Assembly (NCBI GenBank): GCA_964658305.1
Contig: OZ210884.1
Location: 5,890,001 to 5,954,000, forward strand
Source: Leptogorgia sarmentosa
Taxonomy: Eukaryota
Direction: 5' to 3'
DNA length: 64,000 bases
In this document: positions 14,018 through 24,782 of the stretch, one piece after another
Numbering within the stretch: position 1 is the first letter of the stretch
Layout of the letters: each line of letters begins with the position of its first letter
Notes under the pieces: generated by a model
Told to the model about the DNA's origin: nothing
Databases searched by the model: none
Seen by the model: the letters and a program-made list of their open reading frames with translations, nothing else
Translations under genes and position numbers: made by a program

Positions 14018-14290
14018 GTGTGCTTACTGGGGATGTTTAGTACACAGGTATACTCGAAGCATGCGCTGTTTTTACGTGCATTATTAATATTACGTAAAAA
14101 CGAGTTTTATCGTGCCATTTTCATCGTCTTTGACAAACTCACCCTTATATGCATGCATGTTATTTTTCCGAATCGAAACCATACTGTTACCGATACAATG
14201 GACGTTTATATAAGCGTTTCTTGTAAAGTCAGGTTATTTACATTATCTCCTAAAATTTAAACGTCATTGCTGCCGAAAATTGGGTTGTGT

Positions 14291-16202
14291 TCACTTGTAA
14301 GTAAAAGGCAATGTACAGTTTCGTATACTATATTGATTTGAATCGTCGTCCATACGAAGATTAAAAATGCTCAACAAATCCTGAGTGAAGTATGACATAG
14401 CCACAATCATGATTAGTCCATTTGCCAGAATGTGTCGTAACCAAGATCTGCACCATACAGTCTTTATGGCAATGCTATAAAGCCAAACTTGAATGAATGT
14501 AGACAAGCAAGCAAACACGAACTCAATTGCCAAACCGATAAGCACACGAGTATAAATCTTCCTAATTTCGTTACTTAATGAAACATCAAAAGTACTGAAG
14601 CGAAATAACAACATATAAACTTGACTTAAAATAACGGCGGTGAATTGAAATAACATATCTTGGATTTCCAGGTCCGCCTGCAATCTCCTGTTACGAGGAG
14701 AACAATATGGCACTGGCCTCCAACCACGAATTACGAGACGTCTCAACGCACAACTCCACAACTTTTCACGAAAATGACGGGTTATCTGAAAAGTTGATGT
14801 GAGAAACGTGAGGGGGAGAAACAAGTTATCATTTTCTTATACGCTATAGCGTATAGATGTATGCTTATAAGCAGCATAGGAAAGGAAAACGTTTTCTTAA
14901 AAATATATATTTCGCGATTTAAATGAAAAGCTGTTATATCGTTTATTACACGCGCGCATGCCATGCATGTCGTGCGTTAGAAGAAGCGATTTCGAGATAA
15001 TGAGCCAATTTGCAAGTTTGTGTGTAAAATCACGTGCAGGCTGCACGTGTTTTTACACACGGTGCAGGAAAAGCCCATAGATTGTCTTTACCTATTATCT
15101 AAAACAGTTTATTTATGTGTACTCTTACCTGTGCTATTAGATTGAATAATCCATGTAATAAGGAAAAAGCAACAAACAAAGTCAGGTCTGTCAGTTCAGC
15201 TTGCATGATTCTGTATAAAAGCACGGGGCCCAAATAATTGAAGTAAATTAAAACAAAGTAAACTTCAGGTTTCACAAATCCAGCACAGTGACACAACACG
15301 ACGTATTTGCCAACCGCTACAGGAATCAGAGAGAAGATTGGGAGAATGGCTGCGATCATTGCTTTGTTGATCTCGTTCGTTTGTTCATTGAACCAAGTCA
15401 CGATCACATTACGATAAACGAGATACATTAAAGCGGCAAAAATGAACACCTGTCCAATTTTCAACACAATGCTTTTCGTTGATTGCTTTGTAATATGGGC
15501 AAACTTAATGCAACTGAGTACGGAACCAAAAAGGAATATCGCATTCCCAGGATATCTATACTTAGGATCTTTAAAATGAGAGCCAAGGTATATAAACAAA
15601 TAAGTCTTGCATATCACTATTAAAAGCCCCATTATCAAACCGATCGATAATAAAGACTTAAATTTTCTAAGGAACTCCTTGCCATTTACTGACAATAATG
15701 CGATTGTTGCAGTGTACCAAAAATTGAACAGCAAGGCCTGAAATGATTCGCCAATTAATTTCCACTTTAAAACTTCAGATGGTATAGACGTATTATTTAA
15801 ATGTGATTCAATACCAATACATTTGTCTGTTGTTTCCATATCCAAGTATATGACGAATCCTGCTATGCCACTAATTCCTATCGACGATAGTATTATTGTA
15901 ATACACGTAGGCAAACTTCGGGCCATACATGGTAACAGGGGTCCTCGCTCAGGCTTCTGCGGTAGAAACCAACTGGAACGAAATTCCTCTGAAGCATTTG
16001 TAAACATTTCGTAGCTTTCAGGCCGTGCTGCATAAAATAGATCTTCAGTCTCGTCATCATTTTCTGGTGTAACTGTGTCAGGAAATTCTTTGTATTCAAA
16101 GTTGTGGTGGTCGTTGTGGTGGTATGTGGACGGGCAACGAATTTCTGGAAGCAGCCATAGTAGCCACCACATTAGAATATCGACTAACTGTTCTAAAAAC
16201 AT
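14291..16202 (-). CDS. Uncharacterised multi-pass membrane protein, copy 1 (~522 aa; exons 16202-15129, 14785-14291)
   Basis: Long hydrophobic ORFs joined in phase 0 (CAG|GTAAGA ... TTTTCAG|ATA). About 10 hydrophobic segments by eye. Near-identical paralog at 17887-19981. Confidence 0.85.
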
Positions 16203-17316
16203 TCTTTATTCGAAATGGAAAAGATGTCTCTATCAAGCACCTTTCTACTTTGGACACAAAACTTATCTTCAAAACGAAAGTACTTCTAACCCCAGAGTGT
16301 TTTTATGACAAGTTATATCCTTTCACACTGACTTGTTATTGATAGGATTTATTGTTTCGGAAGAGATTGAGTACAGCCAGTATTGTATGCGTCCATTGAA
16401 TGAACACACCTCCCTTGGACAAATTGTCTGCAAGCTATGCGTACGTAGTATTATTATTACCAAAGACAATGATAACAAGGAACTAAATCTAAATAAATCT
16501 GTTTATGTTTAGTTTGTAGAATACACTGCCAATGCCACGTCAATTTTGAAGAGATGAATATCCAAAAGAATATTTTTGCTGGGATAATTAATGATAATTT
16601 GAAATACAAATAATTCACAAGCGCTGCGTCCATGATTAATTTGCACAGCATGAGCAAGTTAGGCACACAATTCTGAAAATAATACTACTGGTTAATTGGA
16701 CATAACATGCACATACTGTAAATTGTTTTTGGTTCCTCAGTAATAACAAAATTCTTATGCTTGGCGATGATCCTTGACTAGTTGACTTTACATTCTTTTC
16801 TAGGCACTAGGCTTTTCTCGATTGGGACAGTTAAAGTAGCATAATATGTCACAAGCAGTTTTCGTTCTATGGTCGAAATATGCCAATTTCAAAAAATTAT
16901 GTTAAAAAAATATTAAAGTTATTTTTTATGCTATATTTGTAATATTTATTCTGATGTCTTCTAAATTGTTGGGGCGTCAATGTAGGGTTTACATGCGCAG
17001 TTTACACAAATTTGTCCATTTTTTTTGCAAACTGCACATCACTATATATGTACAGTGAGTTGCTTGTTAACATTATGGCGTCCAAGCAAACACAACTTAC
17101 ACTTTTTTCTCTAAATCATCATGACTTGCATGACCAGCGTAAATTTTGATGTTTTTTTCCGAAGTTTTTCTGCACTTGCATTGAAAACTCTATGAATTTA
17201 ACGACCTCAATACAAGGGGGAAATGAGCTGAGAAAAAATGCTGGCAAGAAAGTAAACAATTATACTAAAATGGTGAAGTTTTACTTGATTTTAGTACACA
17301 GGTATACTCGTCGACG

Positions 17317-17649
17317 CATAGGCGTACGGGACCAAGTTATTTTGGGGGGGCTGGGCAGTTTGCCCAAAAAATCTTCCAAAAATGTCTAAATCTCTACTGC
17401 CCCTCCCCCCCCTCGACAAATATTGTTAGGAGATAAGTACGTGTAGAAACAGCTGTTATGCCATGAAAGATTTTAGTTATGTTCAATTTTCTTGAACATA
17501 TTCGACGAAAAACCGGAATATTTTAATATATTGCCCCAAAAACCAAAATATATTGCCCAAAAATCGAAATATATTGCCCAAAAATTGTCCATTTAATCCA
17601 AGCTGGGGGGGCTGCAGCCCCCCCAGCCCCCCCGCCTCGTACGCCTATG
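17317..17649. mobile_element. hAT-like MITE (333 bp) with 8-bp TSD CGTCGACG
   Basis: TIRs CATAGGCGTACG...CGTACGCCTATG flanked by CGTCGACG on both sides; absent from the paralogous site at ~14050-14060. Confidence 0.85.
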
Positions 17650-17886
17650 CGTCGACGAAGCATGCGCTGTTTTTACGTGCATTATTAATACGTAAAAACG
17701 AGTTTTATCGTGTCATTTTCATCGTCTTTGACAAACTCACCCTTATGCATGCCTGTTATTTTTCCGAATCGAAACCATACTGTTACCGATACAATGGACG
17801 TTTATATAAGCGTTTCTTGTAAAGTCAGTTTATTTACATTATCTCCTAAAAATTAAACGTCATTGCTGCTGAAAATTGGGTTGTGT

Positions 17887-19981
17887 TCACTTGTAAGTAA
17901 AAGGCAATGTACAGTTTCGTATACTATATTGATTTGAATCGTCGTCCATACGAAGATTAAAAATGCTCAACAAAACCTGAGAAAAGTATGACATAGCCAC
18001 AATCATGATTAGTCCATTTGCCAGAATATGTCGTAACCAAGATCTGCACCATACAGTCTTTATGGCAATGTTATAAAGCCAAACTTGAATGAATGTAGAC
18101 AAGCAAGCAAACGCGAACTCAATTGCCAAGCCGATAAGCGCACGAGTATAAATCTTCCTAATTTCGTTACTTAATGAAACATCTAAAGTACTGAAGCGAA
18201 ATAACAACATATAAACTTGACTTAAAATAACGGTGGTGAATTGAAATAACATATCTTGGATTTCTAGGTCTGCCTGCAATCTCCTGTTACGAGGAGAACA
18301 ATATGGCACTGGCCTCCAACCACGAATTACGAGACGTCTCAACGCACAACTCCACAACTTTTCACGAAAATGACGGGTTATCTGAAAAGTTGATGTGAGA
18401 AACGTGAGGGGGAGAAACAAGTTATATACGAGTTATTACTTGTTCGCGGTTTAAATGAAAAGATGTTATATGTTTATTACACACGCGCATGCCATGCATG
18501 TCGTGCGTTAGAAGAAGCGATTTCGAGATTATGAGCCAATTTGCAAATTTGTGTCTGAAAACACGCGCAGGAAAAGCCCACACTGTAAAAACTGATAGGT
18601 TAAAATAACCAAAAAAATAGGTTATTTGAGTTGGTCTAGGACAACCGATTTAAAGTAGGTTATTTTATTAGGTTAAAATACCTAAAATAAAATAGGTTGA
18701 AACAACCTATTAATATTGGTTGTAACCTTTAAAAATCGGTTATTTTATAACCTATAAGATTTTACAGTGCATAGCCGGATGTTTTTACCCATCGTCTTAT
18801 TAAAACAATATATGTATGTGTATTCTTACCTGTGCTATTAGATTGAATAATCCATGTAATAAGGAAAAAGCAACAAACAAAGTCAGGTCTGTCAGTTCAG
18901 CTTGCATGATTCTGTATAAAAGCACGGGGCCCAAATAATTGAAGTAAATTAAAACAAATGAAACTTCAGGTTTCACAAATTCAGCACAGTGACACAACAC
19001 GACGTATTTGCCAACCGCTACAGGAATCAGAGAGAAGATTGGGAGAATGGCTGCGATCATTGCTTTGTTGATCTCGTTCGTTTGTTCATTGAACCAAGGC
19101 ACGATCACATTACGATAAACGAGATACATAAAAAGGGCAAACATGAACACCTGTCCAATTTTCAACACAATGCTTTTCGTTGATTGCTTCGTAACATGGG
19201 CAAACTTAATGCAACTGAGTATGAAACCAAAAAAGAATATCGCATTGCCAGGATATCTATACTTAGGATCTTGAAAATGAGAGCCAAGGTATATAAATAA
19301 ATAAGCCTTGCATATGACTGCTAAAAGCCCCATTATCAAACCGATCGATAATAAAGACTTAAATTTTCTAAGGAACTCCTTGCCATTTACTGACAATAAT
19401 GCGATTGTTGCAGTGTACCAAAAATTGACCAGGAAGGCCTGAAATGATTCGCCAATTAATTTCCACTTTAAAACTTCAGATGGTATAGACGTATTATTTA
19501 AATGTGATTCAATGCCAATACATTTGTCTGTTGTTTCTATATCCAAGTATACAACGAATCCTGAAATGCCACCGATTCCTATGGACGATAGTATTATTGT
19601 AACACACGCAGGAAAACTTCGGGCGATAGATGGTAACAGGGGTCCTCGCTCAGACTTCTGCGGTATAAACCAACTGGAACGAAATTTCGCTGAAGAATTT
19701 GCAAATGTGTTGTTGCTATTAAGCCTTGCTGCGGAAATTAACACTCTAGTCTCGTCATCATTTAAATTTTCTGATGTATCTGTGTCCGGAAATTCTTTGT
19801 ATTCAAAGTTGTGGTCTTCGTTAGTAAGAGTGCAGACGTAAATGTTTTCATTGCATTCCTTGTGTTGTTGTGGCTCTTCTAAATCTGAAACTAGTTGTCC
19901 TTGTCTTGACAGCCAACGAATTTCTGAAATCAGCCATAGTAGCCACCAAGTTAGAATATCGACTAACTGTTTTAAAAACAT
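17887..19981 (-). CDS. Uncharacterised multi-pass membrane protein, copy 2 (~548 aa; exons 19981-18830, 18381-17887)
   Basis: Same exon structure as copy 1. The ATG at 19981 aligns with the copy-1 start (MFLKQLVDIL vs MFLEQLVDIL). It has a longer N-terminal region. Confidence 0.85.
18581..18769. mobile_element. CACTA-type MITE (189 bp) in an intron, 2-bp TSD CA
   Basis: CA|CACTGTAAAA...TTTTACAGTG|CA; the copy-1 intron shows the empty site GAAAAGCCCATAG. Confidence 0.85.
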
Positions 19982-22900
19982 TCCGTATTCAATATAATGG
20001 AAAAGATGTCTATTAGGCACCTTTCAACTTTGTACACACACTGACTGAAAACTGATTATGTATCTCTATATACTAATGTGTAGTACATGCAGCCAATATT
20101 GTTCTTGTCTGATTAACAGTCACGCGTGTATGCGTCCATTGAATACACACACCTTTCTTGGACAAATTTTCTGCAAGCTATGCCTTCGAACTACGAAGTA
20201 TTATTCCCTAAGAGACTGAAAATGCCACGTAGAGAGCTAAGAAGATTAAAACAATTTCGTCGCTTTCATTTTTGAGGAGGTAATTAGCTAAAAGAATATT
20301 TTTGCTGCATGGGATAATTAATAATGATTAATTTGCACAACATGAGCGAGTCATGTGCCCAAATCTGAAAATAAAATTACTGGTAGGACACAGCACGTAC
20401 ATTGTTTTTGGTCTCCCAGCCATGGCAGAACTCTTATGGCTGGCAAAGATTCGAATTCTTCACTTTACATTATATCCACGTGCACCATGCACAGGAAAAT
20501 TGATTGCATTGCATAATGGCCTGATTTTCGTACGGTATAGCCTGCGAAAAGAGACGCAGCCTACCCCTAAGAATTAAAAGAAGAACTACATTGATCTGGA
20601 ATCATTTACCATTATAATTATTTTTGACGCTTTTAATTGCTTGCTAATTCTCGTTTTAATTTAAAACATTATAAGCCAAAAAGGCTAACTCAAGTCATTT
20701 GAAATAAAAACATGTACATTTGGCCTGGGAAAGGCGAAGCCATATTAAAGGTCTGATATTTCGGAATTCCGCCGGACTCACTTTAGAAATATTATTTAAA
20801 TTTACTCAAATAAGAGTACCCACGTGAGAATCATCCTAAGTTAGAGCCTAATCTCTACTGGAGTAAGCACGGACATTCTAAGGGAAAAAAGGAAATTTTT
20901 GGGTCATTTTGAAGCTTTCATTGGTAGAAAATGCATCACGTTTCCATTACAGTACCCTGCGAAAAATGCCGAATGACAACAAAACAATATTAAATTTTTG
21001 ATATCTGTAAAAAGTATAAGAAAGACCAATAAGTTATATATGGAAACAAATTGAGATTTTAAAAATTTTGACTGAATTGACCATCATGAACGTAAGGAGT
21101 GGCCTTATAAATAAAGGTATAAACGCAGCAAATACTATTTTTATAAAGGTTAGGGTTAGGGTTAGTTTCAGGAGATTGTATTGTTAATCGCGGTACGAAC
21201 TATTTTCTGGGTATCTTTGCCACATTTTCGTCCGCGTTTCATCTTTCATCCGCCATCCGTATCCGCGTATAATCCGAGCCCTCTCACTCCAGTTCCTTAG
21301 AGAGCTGTTACACCATTCTTATTGGATTGAGAGGATATTGCGAAATTTCCGGCAAGATCCCTATGTATCCCCCAATCCCACCTGTAATCAATATGGCCAC
21401 CATCACAGAAGGCTTTTTGGAAAGATGAATTTTACGACGAGCTGTATTTGGAATTAAAAACATTTTACTCGTTTTATATCGAAGTAAGTGATAACCGTAA
21501 CCGATAAAATTGTAGATATTGTGCAGCCTGAGCGCCTACTAAGAATAACAAACGGAGATCTAACAATCTTTACTTTGAAAATTGTGTTGAGGTCCTGAGC
21601 GTGGAAATAGCGGGAAGCGTAGATTGGAACAAAAACATGCGCTATTTTTTATAAACCGCGTAGTTTGTCATCTTTTTTCATAAATTATATTTATATTCGT
21701 TTTTCTTGCTTGGGATATTGCGAAATGCCTTCAGAAACGTTAGTTTATAGCACTACAGAAAACGTTTGCTATTAAAGATAGTATTTCTGCTTGTTATCAA
21801 CGTTTGTCCATATTTTTGTCTTCTTTACCACTTAACTAAACAAACAAATATTCAGTACGAGTAGCGACAAAGAACATTTATTTTACCTCTTTATAAACTA
21901 ATAATAACGATGTCCTGTTCCCAAAAAATTGTTCGATAACTTCCTGTATAGTCCCTGAAGAAATGTGAACACCTGGGCATATTCAACCTGTTTCATGGTT
22001 TGTCCATCAGTGGAGGGAATTATTTTTTGCACAGTGATTGCGATGCAGCTTAATATAACAGCAGTATTAATTACAGCTTCTCCTTCAATATTCCCAATGA
22101 TTGCACTGAACAAATGTGCAGTGACAATAGAAATAAATTGCATGATGATTCTGAATAGAAATGATGGCAGTTATTTACCACAATAGTATCTCCACCTCAC
22201 AAAATAACGTCCCACCTCACAAAATAACGTCACTGTTGAGTATATAAGAAGCTATAATTAGATCACCCCTGAAGACACTAGACTGGAAACGTTGGGTCGT
22301 GAATACACCTCGGGGGAGCTCTGTATTCAATTATACAAACCACAGTAGCAAGCAAGGCATGAGTGATAAATTCAGTTAGGAGTTATAAGAGGAAAATTAT
22401 GTTTTCACCCCTATAACTTTGGATGCATGTGCTCAGTTTACAGTTATGCAATTACTTATTACCAGGAAGTATTTTCATTGAGTGAGTTCTCTGTATAGTA
22501 CTACTCCATGACATGGTGCAAGTTTAATACTCTCAACACTAAAATAGACAAATCTCAAAAATTTAAATATATGCAAAGGAACAAAATCCGTTCACAGTTG
22601 GGGACAATCTAGGTATTGTCAAAATCACTATAATTGCAAAGTTAAATGGAGAAATGTTATAAAATGGAAATTTGACTATGCAAAGTTTTTGTATATTATT
22701 GTATGGGCACGGGCTAAACCAACACCCATTTCTGGCAGAAATAGGTGTTCAATAACTTATTACTTCTGCCTTATAAACAGTGTGTAAATTGTGAGATTTT
22801 TAAGTTTCAAGACAAACTGGTGACATGGCGTTAAATGGGCATGGGAATGGCTGAGAAGAACGGCTGGATTACTGCAATTGTGAAACTAATCCACAAAGAA

Positions 22901-23559
22901 GATTGGAAATTGCACATCCAAGATTAAACAAAAACTGTTACCGTTATACTGTATCTGTAGAAAGTTTATTATTGATATTTCAAGCTTTCAGGAGAAATCC
23001 TTCAAATTATATACAAGAGAACTTGCCTCAAGATTAATCAGACCTGAAATCACATTTTGCATGACACAAATTTCTTACTCTCACTAATTCTCCCAAAATT
23101 TATGACATAATTTTAATTGGGAAATCCATTACGACTCCTAAAGAATGGCATAAATTCCTTAAATCAAAGTTATCCAATTTTATTGAAAAATTGCTCAAAT
23201 TTTTGCTAACTTACGATTTTGTGGGGTGTTGTAAAACTATGAAAGATTTATTGTAGAAAACATGCAATTACCTCTACACAGAAAACTGTAAGTTACAGCA
23301 CACCAATTCCCTTGACAAGTACGAACAAGTACGTTTTTTTTCTCAAGAGCATGTTGTAGCCCAGAATGGGTTAAGAAAATCCCCGCAACACACATCTCTG
23401 ACTGCAAATAGAGCAATTCTGAACCCATAGATCACAACCATGCATCTGTGGTCACTGAATGTGCAAATTTTAGTATTGTTACATTTTCGCCAGTCTGTGT
23501 GTGCCATTGACATTGGGAATGTCAGATGGGCTTGTTTAACGCAAAAAAGTGCAGTTATA

Positions 23560-23665
23560 GTGGCACAGAAAACTGCAGTACACCAATTCAGAAAAGTTAC
23601 AGTACACCAATTCAGAAAAGTTACAGTACACCAATTCAGAAAAGTTACAGTTCACCAATTCCCTT
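23560..23665 (+). repeat. 24-bp tandem repeat (CAGAAAAGTTACAGTACACCAATT) x3-4, part of a local duplication with ~23280-23380
   Basis: Tandem units are directly visible; the flank CTCAAGAGCATGTTGTAGCC-AGAATGGGTTAAGAAAA is repeated at ~23342 and ~23710. Confidence 0.85.
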
Positions 23666-23977
23666 GACAAGTATAATTCATTTGGTTGTGAACAAGTACG
23701 TTTTTTTTTCTCAAGAGCATGTTGTAGCCTAGAATGGGTTAAGAAAACAAGAGCTTGCAATCTTCGTCACCTTCTCCTGCCAAATACTTCAAGTAAATGT
23801 ATAATTTTGCAGGAAATTTTTTGTGCAGTTAAAAAAGAAGAATATGTCATATAGCCCTGCACTAATTCTTAGAATGCTCACACACATCCTGCTTCAAATT
23901 TTTACATCACTTGAAAATATGTTGAATGTTATGCACTGTTAAACAGGAATGACTTAGAAAAGATTAGACGTTCTCTG

Positions 23978-24240
23978 GTTAATAAATTTATTATTCACAA
24001 GCTTTCGGCTACCAGTCTGTAGCCTTCAACCGGTGTATATATAATGTGATATAAGGACGCTATAATTATATAATACATGTAAATTGAAACTAAATGTGAC
24101 GTATGAGCAATCTGAAATGTGATAGGTGGTATTTACAATTTTCTTATTAAGGTTCTCGAGGAAGTGGCTTAGGGTTGTTATTAGCGTTTTTGTCTTTCGC
24201 TGTGTGCCACGATTCTAAAATTAGACGGTTTCGACAAAGT
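23978..24240 (-). mobile_element. Penelope-like retroelement 3' remnant (GIY-YIG C-terminus + degenerate hammerhead motif + AATAAA)
   Basis: The minus strand reads RLILESWHTAKDKNANNNPKPLPR, resembling the end of a PLE endonuclease. It is followed by CACCGGTTGAAGGCTACAGACTGGTAGCCGAAAGCTTGTGAATAATAAA. Confidence 0.65.
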
Positions 24241-24782
24241 TGGTATTAAATTTGCAGCAATTTACAGCACAGCTTGCTTTCCAATTGCACTCCACTTTAG
24301 TAAAATTTCCTGCTTTTCTCTACGTTCGCACCTGGCAAAGATCCAGCAAACCCCGGAAAAGAGTGTCTGCATTGCCCTTGGTTATAATTTCAGATGTGAA
24401 TATTGATCAAGTGCATGCTCTACTGTAGATATACTACTTGTGTTGCGTTGAACACTGCCTCTTGGTGGTTTACCATTGTGGATGAATGAGAGCGAGAATT
24501 GTGCTTGCACGACAACTGTGCAGTGAGTTTGCTACGATTTACCGCCTGTACTAAATTTTATCTCATTGAATTACTTCTGACTTCTGCAAGATTAACTAAT
24601 TCGAAACTGGACTAATTCCTACTGATTCAGCACTGTTCTGCAACTCTGTCCTGTCGAAATAACACTCGAAATAAATTTCATTTTCCCTCCCTCCATTTAA
24701 TATTCCCTTAGTATACAGTATGTAATCATCCCATCCCCTTTGTCCATCTTTTTACAGAAATTCTCAAATGTAGAAATTTAAA

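Larger units (their letters stand above)
11072..14031. mobile_element. Non-autonomous CACTA/EnSpm-type DNA transposon (2,960 bp) with 2-bp TSD (GA) and subterminal tandem arrays
   Basis: Termini CCCAGCAAACAC...GTGCTTACTGGG are flanked by GA on both sides. The paralogous duplicated segment at ~17280-17300 shows the empty site (TTTTACTTGA|TTTTAGTACACAGG). Confidence 0.85.

Noticed and set aside
21148..21166. TTAGGG telomere-like repeats
   Set aside because: Only about 3 units, interstitial; such motifs are common in dispersed repeats.
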